Below are positions 14,022 to 26,980 of a stretch of DNA of 64,000 nt, one piece after another. The first letter of the stretch is position 1, and the number at the start of each line of letters is the position of its first letter. This stretch comes from Mobula hypostoma (taxonomy: Eukaryota), in contig NC_086109.1 of the NCBI RefSeq assembly GCF_963921235.1, forward strand, positions 4,714,001 to 4,778,000, read 5' to 3'. The position numbers and the translations under genes were made by a program. Under the pieces are notes generated by a model, which was not told the origin of the DNA, ran no database searches, and was given only the letters and a program-made list of their open reading frames with translations.

Positions 14022-15464
14022 TGTAACACTTGCTTTGCCTAGTGACACAATCTTGGGGGTGGTATCCCACCCCGCACCCCCCCGGCCAAACTTTAGAACT
14101 CCCGCTTGGGTGGATGCTGTGTGAAGTGTCCAAATCAGTACCCTGAAATAACAAACAGTACACAATATGCAGTTAAACAAGTAAGATATTATAACTCTTA
14201 CTTGGACTATGAGACCAGTAGAGAACAAAATATAAAATAAAAGCCACCAAAAATTTATTTAATCAGTTCGTGCGCAATCGTTGGAGCTCACGGTTTTCCT
14301 TTGCTGATTCCTCCTTCGATCGTCATCGACCCTGAGCTCCCGCCAGAGCCAGGAGGGTCGGGCAGCCCACCGACTCAAATCGTGTCTCCTCACTTCATTC
14401 CCCTCGCGCCTTCTCCCCAAAGCCCGCGAAAACCAACAGCTTTCACACAAACAAGAACGAACAACATCTCCCCCATTGGTTAGCAACTGAATTCCAAAGT
14501 CCCGTTACCTCTACCTATAACCCAAACATGCTGCTACAGAGAACCCATTATCTCAGCAGTTAACATTACAGAGAAACCATTTTATTATAACACTACAGAG
14601 AAGCCATTTTATTAGCCTTAGCAGTTAACATATGTGACAACAGACCAAATTATCAGAAGATTGATGCCGATAAGAGGACAATGGGGGAATATTCAGAAAT
14701 GTTAATGAGAGATGAGAGGGATTAACAAAAAGGAGACACAGTTCCGAGTATTGTCAGAGACCGGTGGCTTTGAACCCTGAACTGTTTGAAGTTTGATGGA
14801 CAGGCGATACTCCAGCAGGGGGATAAAAAGGGACAGGTTCGCTAAGGCAACAGACACACGACTCCATGAGGTAATGAGACCCTGGAAGCGGTGTGCCCCC
14901 ACAAGTTGGTGGGAGTTTTGGAGCTCTGGTCGCGGGACCAGCCAGAGACGCACAGGGTAGAAAGGTACGGGTCGGCGGGAACCTGGTGTGTGTGTCCGCC
15001 CTTGCCTGGTTGCCGGGTTCACCGCAGAAGAACGATCGTATCAGGAACGGAGGGGTCACAGTCGGTGACCTCAGAAGACATTACAAAGGGCTCGCCCGAA
15101 AGCTAACTGCGAGGAATATCGAAGGTCTGTTTGGAATCCGATTTGCATATTCATTCGTTCTCTCTCTCTCTCTCTCTCCCCCCAACGGCACGATGGCGAT
15201 TACTGCAAACTGAACTAAACTGAACTCTGTCACTTGTGACTGATCATTTTACCCCTAGACTGTGATAGAGCTTGATTCATCCTATTATCCTAGTTCTTTG
15301 TACATGTGTGTTTATTCATTGCTAACCTGTTGCATTTATATCCTTACTATTAGAGTACTGTGTTACTTATTTCTTTAATAAAACTTTCTTAGTTCCAGCT
15401 ATCCAGACTCCAACTAAGTGGTCCATTTCACTGGTTTGGCAACCCAGTTACGGGGTACGTAACA

Positions 15465-18442
15465 GGTGGGACCTGTATAAGAGAGACGGGTTACACTTGA
15501 ACCACAGGGGGACCAATATCCTTTCAGGGAGGTTTGTTAGTGCTATTGGGGAGGCTTTAAACTAGATTTGCAGGGGGATGGGAACCAGAGTGCCAGAGCT
15601 GACAGTGTGGCTGGGGTGAAAATAAATGATGTTGAAAGTTTAAGCAAATCCGCTGATAGAAAGGTTGTGAGTGGTGGTAAAAATCTTCTGAGATGTATAT
15701 ATTTCAATGCTAGGAGTATTGCGGGGAAGGCAGATGAGTTGAGGGCGTGGATTGACACGTGGAATTATGACGTTGTAGCAATTAGTGAAACTTGGCTACA
15801 GGAGGGGCAGGACTGGCAGCTTAATATTCCAGGGTTCCGATGTTTCAGATGTGATCGAGGCAGAGGAATGAAAGGTGGGGGAGTAGCATTGCTTGTCAGG
15901 GAAAATATCACAGCAGTGCTCAGGCAGGACAGATTAGAGGGCTTGTCTACTGAGTCCTTATGGGTGGAGCTGAGAAACAGGAAAGGTATGGCTACATTAG
16001 TGGGATTGTATTACAGACCACCCAATAGTCAACGAGACTTGGAAGAGCAAATCTGCAGAGAGATAGCAGGCAACTGCAGGAAACATAAAGTTGTGGTGGT
16101 AGGGGATTTTAATTTTCCATACATTGATTGGGACTCCCATACTGTTAGGGGTCTAGATGGTTTAGAGTTTGTAAGATGTGTTCAGGAAAGTTTTCTAAAT
16201 CAATATATAGAGGGACCAACTAGAGGGGATGCAATATTGGATCTCCTGTTAGGAAACGAATTAGGGCAAGTGACAGAAGTCTGTGTAGGGGAGCACTTTG
16301 GTTCCAGTGATCATAACACCATTAGTTTCAATTTGATCATGGACAAGGATAGATCTGGTCCTAGGGTTGAGGTTCTGAACTGGAAGAAGGCCAAATTTGA
16401 AGAAATGAGAAAGGATCTAAAAAGCGTGGATTGGGACAGGTTGTTCTCCGGCAAAGATGTGATTGGTAGGTGGGAAGCCTTCAAAGGGGAAATTTTGAGA
16501 GTGCAGAGTTTGTATGCTCCTGTCAGGTGCTTGAGGAGTATAAGAAGTGCAAGAAAATACTTAAGAAAGAAATCAGGAGGGCTAAAAGAAGACATGAGGT
16601 TGCCTTGGCAGTCAAAGTGAAAGATAATCCAAAGAGCTTTTACAAGTATATTAAGAGCAAAAGGATTGTAAGGGATAAAATTGGTCCTCTTGAAGATCAG
16701 AGTGGTCGGCTTTGTGCGGAACCAAAGGAAGTGGGGGAGATCTTAAATAGGTTTTTTGCATCTGTATTTACTAAGGAAGCTGGCATGAAATCTATGGAAT
16801 TGAGGGAATCAAGTCGTGAGACCATGGAAACTGTACAGATTGAAAAGGAGGAGGTGCTTGCTGTCTTGAGGAAAATTAAAGTGGATAAATCCCCGGGACC
16901 TGACAGAGTGTTCCCTCGGACCTTGAAGGAGACTAGTGTTGAAATTGCGGGGGCCCTGGCAGAAATATTTAAAATGTCGCTGTTTATGGGTGAAGTGCCG
17001 GAGGATTGGAGAGTGGCTCATGTTGTTCCGTTGTTTAAAAAAGGATCGAAAAGTAATCCGGGAAATTATAGGCCAGTGAGTTTAACGTCAGTAGTAGGTA
17101 AGTTATTGGAGGGAGTACTAAGAGACAGAATCTACAAGCATTTGGATAGACAGGGGCTTATTAGGGAGAGTCAACATGGCTTTGTGCATGGTAGGTCATG
17201 TTTGACCAATCTGTTGGAGTTTTTCGAGGAGGTTACCAGGAAAGTGGATGAAGGGAAGGCAGTGGATATTGTCTACATGGACTTCAGTAAGGCCTTTGAC
17301 AAGGTCCCGCATAGGAGGTTAGTTAGGAAAATTCAGTCGCTAGGTATACATGGAGAGGTGGTAAATTGGATTAGACATTGGCTCAATGGAAGAAGCCAGA
17401 GAGTGGTGGTAGAGAATTGCTTCTCTGAGTGGAGGCCTGTGACTAGTGGTGTGCCACAGGGATCAGTGCTGGGTCCATTGTTATTTGTCATCTATATCAA
17501 TGATCTGGATGATAATGTGGTAAATTGGATCAGCAAGTTTGCTGATGATACAAAGATTGGAGGTGTAGTAGACAGTGAGGAAGATTTTCAGAGCCTGCAG
17601 AGGGACTTGGACCAGCTAGAAAAATGGGCTGAAAAATGGCAGATACTGACAAGTGTGAGGTATTGCACGTTGGAAGGACAAACCAACGTAGAACATACAG
17701 GGTTAATGGTAAGGCACTGAGGAGTGCAGTGGAACAGAGGGATCTGGGAATACAGATACCAAATTCCCTAAAAGTGGCGTCACAGGTAGATAGGGTCGTA
17801 AAGAGAGCTTTTGGTACATTGGCCTTTATTAATCGAAGTATTGAGTATAAGAGCTGGAATGTTATGATGAGGTTGTATAAGGCATTGGTGAGGCCGAATC
17901 TGGAGTATTGTGTTCAGTTTTGGTCACCAAATTACAGGAAGGATATAAATAAGGTTGAAAGAGTGCAGAGAAGGTTTACAAGGATGTTGCCGGGACTTGA
18001 GAAACTCAGTTACAGAGGAAGATTGAATAGGTTAGGACTTTATTCCCTGGAGCGTAGAAGAATGAGGGGAGATTTGATAGAAGTATATAAAATTATGATG
18101 GGTATAGATAGAGTGAATGCAAGCAGGCTTTTTCCACTGAGGCAAGGGGAGAAAAAAACCAGAGGACGTGGGTTAAGGGTGAGGGGGGAAAAGTTTAAAG
18201 GGAACATTGGGGGGGGCTTCTTCACACAGAGAGTGGTGGGAGTATGGAATGAGCTGCCAGACGAGGTGGTAAATGCGGGTTCTTTTTTAACATTTAAGAA
18301 TAAATTGGACAGATACATGGATGGGAGGTGTATGAAGGGATATGGTCCGTGTGCAGGTCAGTGAGACTAGGCAGAAAATGGTTCGGCACAGCCAAGAAGG
18401 GCCAAAGGGCCTGTTTCTGTGCTGTAGTTTCTATGGTTCTAT
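15465..18442 (+). mobile_element. Young CR1 LINE (end of ORF1 plus ORF2 with two frameshifting deletions)
   Basis: APE endonuclease (YFNARSI, ISETW, VGDFN, GSSDH), RT (KFADDTK), TTCTATGGTTCTAT tail. Confidence 0.95.
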
Positions 18443-18445
18443 AAG

Positions 18446-18463
18446 TGGGGGCTCGTCCGGGAT
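18446..18463 (+). other. Primer-binding site complementary to the tRNA-Pro 3' end
   Basis: TGGGGGCTCGTCCGGGAT, the known tRNA-Pro PBS sequence. Confidence 0.9.
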
Positions 18464-18539
18464 TTTGAACGCTAAATTTTGGACAGGGTAAATTGATTGG
18501 GTTAAAATTCCCGAAAGAAAGAAAAGGCAAACAGCAGAA

Positions 18540-21300
18540 ATGGAGATTGAGGAATTTCTAAAGGTGCCGACCTCGGAGGCATTAGAGGATGCCAGGAAAG
18601 CGGAATTGGCAGCTGTGGCCAAACGGTTGAATCTTGTTAAGGGGAAGTCGACAATGAGGAGAGAGGAGATACACAGAGCTATCGTAGAGCATTATGTGTC
18701 TAAAGGTGTGTTTCCCCAAGGGGAATGGAGGTGATATCTATTGGAAAACCTGGTGGAGACGCAGTACAGGTGCAGCTTGAAAAATTGAGACTCGAGCACG
18801 AGTTCTGGGTACGGCAGCTAGAACATGAACAGAAACAGAGAGAAAGGGAATTCGAGCTGGAGAGGTTAAAGATAAGGGCAGAGCAGGGGCCCATGCCATA
18901 CCAAGGTGGAGGGTTCAGGGCGACCCAGGAGATTAAGCTGGTTCCCCCATTTGACGATACCGATGTGGATCGGTACTTTCTCCATTTCGAAAAAGTTGCT
19001 GCAAGTCAGGACTGGCCGAGGAATAAGTGGGCTGTTTTGCTTCAGAGTGTACTTAAAGGAAAAGCCCAACAAGCTTACTCAGCTTTGTCCGCAGAAGATG
19101 CCCAGAGGTATGAGGTGGTGAAAGAGGCCATCCTCAGGATTTATGAGTTGGTCCCGGAGGCATACCAGCAGAGGTTCCGGAATGCGAGGAAGCAGTGGGA
19201 CCGCACGTATTTAGAGTTTGCCCGTGAGATGCTGACATATTGTGAGCATTGGTGCGCCTCGAAGAGGGTAAATGGGGATTATGACAGACTGCTACAGCTG
19301 ATCCTGATTGAGCAGTTTAAAGGTTGTGTCCCTGAAGGTATGAGACCCTACCTAGATGAGAAAGAGGCAGCCACTTTAGCCGCAACTGCTAAGTTAGCGG
19401 ATGAGTACGTGTTGACACATAAAACGAAGTTTGCCCCGAGTAAAGGCTACCAGAACGGTAGTCAGGACGGCGGGGAGAGTCCGCCAGAAAAGTCAGAAAG
19501 TAAGCCAGGGACTAGTGAGAAGGATAAGGTAGGCCGGGAGCAGTCTGGTAGGAAGTCTCCTGGGGTCGTATGTTATAATTGTGGAAAGTCAGACACTTTG
19601 CGTCCAGGTGCTTTGCCCCAAAGAAGAAGACGGGAAAGGGAAAGGCGGCGGTTCCGACTGGCTGTATTGAGCTGGTAAGCAAACCGCTAGGAGAGAAGAG
19701 GTCTGCCAAAGTTCAGGAAGGGCGCGAGAGGTTTATCTCGGCCGGATTGGTGTCGGTGAAGGAGGGGTTAAACCCAGTTCCAGTATGGATCTGGAGAGAC
19801 ACAGGAGCGTGTCAGTCATTGATATTAAAGAGTGTGTTAGACTTTAGTTCAGAGACCGAGACTGGGAAAGTCAGGGTCATAAAAGGCATTGGGAAAGGGA
19901 CTGAGGCAGTACCTCTGCACCAGATACACCTAAAAAGCGACTTGGTCTCTGGACCAGTCACGATCGGGGTGAGGCCCGAACTACCGATGAAAGGCGTTGA
20001 AGTCTTACTCGGTAATGACCTCGCCGGCGAGGAGGTGTACCCAGCAGTGAGATTGACAAGTCAGCCTGCCAGCATTGAGGCCTCGCCCATGGACCCACAG
20101 GTTCATCCCAGTTGCGCAGTGACTCGGTGTGTGTCCAGAAAGGCTGCCGAAGTAAATTTAGCTGAGACGTTTCTACCAGCCTTGTACCAGGGGGAGGTAG
20201 AAAGTGAAAAGAAGGAGCGTAGTGAAACAGGAGGAAGTGAAGGAGTTGAGGCTGACTTCGCATTAGCAAGGAAGGACTCTGTACAGACACAGGAGCGAGA
20301 CGAGGAGCTGATGGTTTCGGCGGAGACAGCTCTCTCTGAAGCAGAATTAAAAAGGGAGCCAGTAGGCTATTGTGTGGAGGAGGGAGTGCTAAGGAAGAAA
20401 GGGAGACCAAGTACCGTGCCCGCAGATGAGGAATGGGGGATGGTGCCAAAAATTTATGGGGATGAGATTCTTAACCTGGCCCACAAGATACCCCTCAGTG
20501 GACATTTTGGGGGGGAGGAAAACAGTCGGCGGAATCATGAAAGAGTTTTACTGGCTGCACAGGAGGAAGGATGGTATTGACTATTGCAGACGTGAGTTAA
20601 CACAGTTAGAGGCTATTAACATGTTAAAAGCTCACCACGATCAGAAAACAGATTTAGATGGTGATATCATGAAAATTAATGAAGCTAGGGTGCCACCTGA
20701 TAAGGGGTAAACCCTTTTTGAAAAGATAAGTGTGGTCCTGACCAGATGGGAGAAGTCTATTGTGTTGACCAACTTTGCTGATGAGTTCTCTCCCTTAATC
20801 CCCGAACAAAGCGACCCGCTAAGAGAGCTAATTAAACGGCACGCCCACATAGGTCCAGATGTCCTGAGGCGATGCGAAGAGCTGGGACATGGAGCTGTTG
20901 CCACATCAGGTCAGCCTAGTGAGCAACACCCCTACAAAATGATTAATTCAGTGACAAACGGGCTAAAGAACACAGAAGTGTATATTGGCGATGTAGTGGT
21001 CTGGAGTGACACGTGGGAGGAGCACATTATGGCGGTAGAGGAGCTGTTTAAATTGGCTGTCTGAAGCCAGCCTGACAGTGAACCTCGCAAAAAGTGAGTT
21101 TGGCCACGCGAAGGTCACTTATCTGGGATTTGTGGTAGGACAGGGGCAGCTGGCTCCGATGCAAGCTAAGGTGAGGGCTATCTCTGAAGTCCCCACCCTG
21201 ACAGACAAGAGAGCCCTGAGAAGGTTCTTGGAGATGGTGGGGTACTATCGGAAGTTTAGCAAAAAAAAACAACTTTGCGGATAGTACCCACCCTCTTACT
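18540..21300 (+). pseudogene. Frameshifted gag-pol of the Gmr1-like element
   Basis: SCAN-like YELVPEAYQQRFR...LILIEQF...AKLADEY; CYNCGK/VRHFASRC knuckle split by a frameshift; IWRDTGACQS; AHKIPLSGHFG; YIGDVVVWSDTWEEH; LRRFLEMVGYYRKF. Confidence 0.85.
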
Positions 21301-23241
21301 AAGCCCTTGGCAAAGAATGCTAAGTTGGTATGGGACGACCATTGTTATCTGTGTCCGGGGCGAAAACCACTGAGAAGTTACAATGATCAAAGTTCATTAG
21401 TGTTTTCAGCCACTATGAAGTTTGCTAAATTGGAGCCTGGTTTTAGAGGATTATTAAAATAACACATATAAAAGGAACAGAAAATGTGATTGCTGACTGT
21501 CTGTCAAGGTGTTGACAACTTAAAAGTCTCTGTATTAGCCGAATAGCTGATAAACATGTATACTTGTGTGTATCTAATAATGTATTCATGCCTATAATTT
21601 TTACCTCAGTAAAAATCCTTTGAAGGATAGGGGTGTGACGACAGACCAAATTATCAGAAGATTGATGCCGATAAGAGGACAACGGGGGAACATTCAGAAA
21701 TGTTAATGAGAGACGAGAGGGATTAACAAAAAGGAGACACAGTTCTGAGTATTGTCAGAGACCGGTTGCTTTGAACTCTGAACTGTTTGAAGTTTGATGG
21801 ACAGGCGATACCCCAGCAGGGGGATAAAAAGGGACAGGTTCACTAAGGCAACAGACACACGACTCACGAGGGGAGTTTTGGAGCTCTGGTCGCGGGACCA
21901 GCCATAGACGCACAGGGTAGAATGGTACAGGTCGGCGGGAACCTGGTGTGTGTGTCCGCCCTTGCCTGGGTGCCGGGTTCACCGCAGAAGAACGATCGTA
22001 TCTGGAACAGAGGGGTCAAAATCGGTGATCTCAGAAGACATTACAAAGGGCTCGCCCGAAAGCTAACTGCGAGGAATATCGAAGGTCTGTTTGGAATCCG
22101 ATTTGCATATTCATTCGTTCTCTCTCTCTCTCTCTCCAACGGCATGACGGCGATTACTGCGAACTGAATTAAACTGAACTCTGTCACTTGTGACTGATCA
22201 TTTTACCCCTAGACTGCGATAGAGCTTGATTGATCCTATTATCCTAGTTCTGTGTATGTGTGTGTTTATTCATTGCTAACCTGTTGCATTTATATCCTTA
22301 CTATTAGAGTACTGTGTTACTTATTTCTTTAATAAAACTTTCTTAGTTCCAGCAATCCAGACTCCAACTAAGTGGTCCATTTCTGCTGGTTTGGCAACCC
22401 AGTTACGGGGTACGTAACATATAAAAGAGAAACCCTTACACTCTCTTGTACTCCTTAAACATTTTACCTTTCATCTTTAACTCATGATCTCTAGTTGTAT
22501 TCCCACCCAACCTCAGGTAGAAAAATCCTGCTTGCATTTACCCCATAACTTTGTACACCTCTATCAAATCTCCCCTCATTCTCCTACACTCTCGGCCCTG
22601 GGAATAAAGTCCGAACCTATTCAACCTTTCCCTGTAACTCAGGAACTCAAGTCCTGGCAACATTCTTGTAAATTTCCTCTTCAGGCATTCCATGTCTTCC
22701 TGCAGTGTCACAACCAGAACATGCCTCCGAAAAGTCATCAGGAAATAGCTGAGTCTAAGAGGAAACTTAGTCCAGTTACGAAAGGACAAGGTTTGGAGCT
22801 GGACTAGCAACTCCATGCCATAAAAACCCAGTTCTAAAGAGGCTCCAGAGACTTCATCCATGGGAGAGGAAGGATCTTCGAAGATGGGCTACACCTGGGG
22901 ACAATTTGAAGGACTGGCTCAGGACAGGGGACTTCGGCAAGCTGCCGTCAGTGGCTTATGTGCCAGAAAGGGTGATGGGCTTAAGCAATAAGGGAGTACA
23001 ACTTCGCTGATAACTGGAACCATTGCAGAGTCAAAACTTTACAAGTGTATCAAGGAGTTTTCCGTGCTAGTACACAGAGATTCCTACCAGGGAAAGGCAG
23101 TGCCAGTTTCATTTAATCCTGGTAAATTAAGCTAGTTTATCAATTAAAAGTGTCCACTTTATTATTGGATGGTGATCATAACTTCACATCAAAGTTGCTG
23201 GTGAACGCAGCAGGTCAGGCAGCATCTCTAGGAGGAGGTAC

Positions 23242-23277
23242 AGTCGACGTTTCAGGCCGAGACCCTTCGTCAGGACT
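23242..23277 (-). ncRNA. Minimal hammerhead ribozyme motif (Penelope terminus)
   Basis: AGTC-CTGACGA-AGGgtctcggCCT-GAAA-C-GTC-GACT on the minus strand. Confidence 0.7.
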
Positions 23278-24039
23278 AACTGAAGGAAGAGTTAGTAAGA
23301 GATTTGAAAGTGGGAGGGGGAGGGGGAGATCCAAAATGATGGGAGAAGACAGAAGGGAGAGGGATGGAGCCAAGAGCTGGACAGGTGATTGGCAAAAGGG
23401 ATATGAGAGTATCATGGGACAGGAGGTCCGGGGAGAAAGACGGGGGGTGGGGGGAACCCAGAGGATGGGCAAGGGGTATAGTCAGAGGGACAGAGGGAGA
23501 AAAAGGAGAGTGAGAGAAAGAATGTGTGTATAAAAATAAATAACGGATGGGGTATGAGGGGGAGGTGGGGCATTAGCGGAAGTTAGATAAGTCGATGTTC
23601 ATGCCGTCAGGTTGGAGGCTACCCAGACAGAATATAAAGTGTTGTTCTTCCAACCTGAGTGTGGCTTCATAACAACACCTCATATTCCGTCTGGGTAGCC
23701 TCCAACCTGATGGCATGAACATCGACTTCTCTAACTTCCGCTAATGCCCCACCTCCCCCTCGTATCCTATCCGTTATTTATTTTTATACACACATTCTTT
23801 CTCTCACTCTCCTTTTTCTCCCTCTGTCCCTCTCACTATACCCCTTGCCCATCCTCTGGGTTCCCCCCACCCCCCGTCTTTCTCCCCGGACCTCCTGTCC
23901 CATGATCCTCTCATATCCCTTTTGCCAATCACCTGTCCAGCTCTTGGCTCCATCCCTCTCCCTCCTGTCTTCTCCTATCATTTTGGATCTCCCCCTCCCC
24001 CTCCCACTTTCAAATCTCTTACTAACTCTTCCTTCAGTT

Positions 24040-24075
24040 AGTCCTGACGAAGGGTCTCGGCCTGAAACGTCGACT
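24040..24075 (+). ncRNA. Minimal hammerhead ribozyme motif (Penelope terminus)
   Basis: Intact core, stems I and II, palindromic ACGT in place of stem III. Confidence 0.7.
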
Positions 24076-24866
24076 GTACCTCTTCCTAGAGATGCTGCCT
24101 GGCCTGCTGCGTTCACCAGCAACTTTGATGTGTGCTGCTTGAATTTCCAGCATCTGCAGAATTCCTGTTGTTTGCGATCATAACTTCACTAAGGTTCAAA
24201 GTAGTTTAAAAAAAGCAAGTAGTAGAGTTCCTGCCGCACCTTTGGCACATCAGGCAGGCAGCTTTGCCACTTCTTTAGCATTAGCCTGTTTTGCTAGCTC
24301 GACACTCGACCCAGCATACATAGAACTCATGCAAGGAGCTAGCTGGGTTTAAACCAGGGACTGCTCACCCTGAAGTCCGATGCAGATGCCACTACACCAC
24401 TAGTATAGACAGTTAAAGAAAGGAATACACATTAATCCATTCTGAAGACAAATTCATGGGTGGGTAAAAAATACATGTGTGACTACTGATTTCCTGTCAC
24501 GATTTAAAGTGATACAAATGGAATTTATTAAAACAAAGGCACTGCAAATGTCTGTCTAAGACAAGCTATGTTTGATTTAACACTCATTGTTAGAGTATCA
24601 GTCAAATCCTTAAATGAAACATTACAAAACAGTCCCCAGTCCTGATTCTGTTCTTTAGATCAGGCTGGAAATGCTCTTGTACGCTGAGCAAGGGAACAAT
24701 AGTGGCTCAGCTCTGAGGAAAAATGCTACTAAATAATTTACAAAACCCATTATTCCAAACAGCATGCAAGAACAAACATACTGTGACCACGACCCGAACA
24801 GATTGCAGCTAAGTCACACCACTTCCAACAGCATCTCTTCTGTTAAAAGTTAGCCTGAGAACTTAC

Positions 24867-25058
24867 GTAAACAACGTGTCTGCAGAGGTGACCAAGACGA
24901 ATCGGCTCTGCAGAGAAGAGTTCTTGAACTCCCTTCCTGGAACTGGTAACCTGGATGACATCTATAAGTAATTTCCGTATTTGGAGCAAATGAAACCTCA
25001 TGACTGTATTCATCTGATACGGAACCGTTTTCCAAATTTGGAGGGGGTCCACAGTTGC
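24867..25058 (-). CDS. Gene A exon 2, CCP/sushi domain 1
   Basis: Acceptor ttttttccttctaaaag|, donor |gtaagt, 192 nt, phase 1-1. Encodes NCGPPPNLENGS...ITYRCHPGY...LLCRADSSWSPLQTRCL with the four Cys and Trp of a CCP module. Confidence 0.93.
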
Positions 25059-25354
25059 CTTTTAGAAGGAAAAAAACAGTTTAAGTATGTAGTTATACAG
25101 TGGTCTCTCTTTGGGATGTACTTAAACATTAACTACTGTTGTATCTTTATCTGTAATGGTTTACTTTTGTATCTACACATTTATGTTATCATGTTTTAAT
25201 ATATGTTGTATACCAGGATCCTTTTTGTCTTAATTGCTTTGATTCAAAATTAAATTGTATGATTAAGAAACATTGAGAGATGACTAGTGGCAAACACTAT
25301 CAGTTGGCAACATAAGGTTAAAGAATATTTATTTGTCCCCATAGCACAATTAGT

Positions 25355-25717
25355 CATAGTCATACTTTATTAATCCTGGGGGAAATTGGTTTTTGTTACA
25401 GTTGCTCCATAAATAATAAATAGTAATAGAACCATAAATAGTTAAATAGTAATATGTAAATTATGCCAGTAAATTATGAAATAAGTCCAGGACCAGCCTA
25501 TTGGCTCAGGGTGTCTGACCCTCCAAGGGAGGAGTTGTACAGTTTGATGGCCACAGGCAGGAATGACTTCCTATGACGCTCTGTGTTGCATCTCGGTGGA
25601 ATGAGTCTCTGGCTGAATGTACTCCTGTGCCCACCCAGTACATTATGTAGTGGATGGGAGACATTGACCAAGATGGCATGCAACTTAGACAGCATCCTCT
25701 TTTCAGACACCACCGTG
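25355..25717 (-). mobile_element. Rex1/Babar-like 3' fragment
   Basis: SHPLHNVL...RLIPPRCNTERHRKSFLPVAIKLYN C-terminal motif. Confidence 0.7.
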
Positions 25718-26049
25718 AATTAGTGAATTATATAAAAGGATTTACTTATTTATTTGAGATACAGCGCAGAACAGGATCTTCTGGTTCTTCGCACAGCAAT
25801 CCTGATTTAATTCTAATCACAGGACAATTTATGGTGACCAATTAACCTACCAATGAGTAGTACTTTGGATTGTGGGAGGAACCCCACACAGTCACAGGGA
25901 GAACATAAAAACTCCTTACAAACAGCAACGGAATTGAACCCGTGTTCTGGCCGAGTAATGTTGTTAACCACTACGCTACCGTGCCACCCCATGTTCTAAC
26001 TTCTGGCGATAGCCCTGCAATATTACATCCAAGATAATTATGTCACATC

Positions 26050-26980
26050 TAGGGTACCCCTCAGGGCTGTGTCTTAAGCCCCCTCCTTTACTCCCTGTAT
26101 ACCTACGACTGTGTTGCCACCCACAACTCCAATCTGTTAATTAAATTTGCTGTCGACACTACATTGATTGGCCTAATCTCAGACAACGAGGCAACCTACA
26201 GAGAAGTCATCACTCTGGCACAGTGGTGTCAAGGAAACAACCTCTCCTTTGATGTCACAAAAACAAAGGAGCTGATTGTGGACTACAGGAGGAATGGAGA
26301 CAGGCTAACCTCAATGGATCAATGGATCTGGGATTGAGAGGGTGAACAGCTTTAAATTCCTTGGCATACACATCACCAAGGATCTCACGTGGTCTGTACA
26401 TACTGGCTGTGTGGTGAAAAAGGCACAACAGCGCCTCTTTCACCTCAGACGGTTGAGGAAGTTTGGTATGGGCCTTCAATTCCTAAGAACTTTCTACAGG
26501 GTGCATCCCTGACTGAGTGCATCCTGACTGGCTGCATCACTGCCTGGTGTGGGAATTGTACTTCCCTCAATTGCAGGACTCTGCAGAGAATAGTGTGTTC
26601 ACACCAGCCCATCTATGGATGTGAACTTCCCACTATTCAGGACATTTACAAAGACAGGTACGTAAAAAGGGCCCGAAAGATCATTGGAGACCCAAGTCAC
26701 CCCAACCACAAACTGTTCTAGCTGCTACCATCCGAGAAACGGTATCACTGAATAAAAGCCAGGACCAACAGGCTCTGGGACAGCTTCTTCAACCAGGCCA
26801 TCAGACTGATTAATTCATGCTGATACAATTGTATCTCTATGTTATATTGACTGTCCTGTTATTACTATTTATTATAAATTACTATAAATAGCACATTGCA
26901 CATTTAGACACAGACGTAATGTAAAGATTTTTACTCATGTATGTGAAGGATGTAAGTTATAAAGTCAATTCCCTTCAATT
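26050..26980 (+). mobile_element. Rex1/Babar-like 3' fragment, same family as 10640-11892
   Basis: Collinear similarity to about 10980-11890 (PQGCVLSPLLYSLYT). Confidence 0.8.

Larger units (their letters stand above)
14633..22419 (+). mobile_element. Gmr1-like Ty3/Gypsy LTR retrotransposon, internally deleted
   Basis: LTRs 14633-15464 and 21634-22419 (TG...CA), TSD cata/tata, tRNA-Pro PBS 18446-18463, PPT 21622-21633. Domain order gag(SCAN, CCHC)-protease (RDTGA)-integrase zinc remnant-RT remnant (YIGDV). Confidence 0.9.
14022..22440 (-). mobile_element. Solo LTR (14022-14632 plus 22420-22440) split by a Gypsy element
   Basis: TGTAA...TTACA termini, near-match 4-bp TSD ccct/ctct, minus-strand AATAAA near 14255. 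Confidence 0.7.
23188..24175. mobile_element. Inverted pair of Penelope-like element 3' ends with one shared TSD
   Basis: Minus copy about 23188-23670, plus copy about 23671-24175. The plus copy encodes a GIY-YIG C-terminus QHLIFRLGSLQPDGMNIDFSNFR*. 14-bp TSD GATCATAACTTCAC at 23174-23187 and 24176-24189. Confidence 0.88.

Noticed and set aside
18446..18463. tRNA gene
   Set aside because: Only an 18-nt complement of the tRNA-Pro 3' end (PBS); no cloverleaf.
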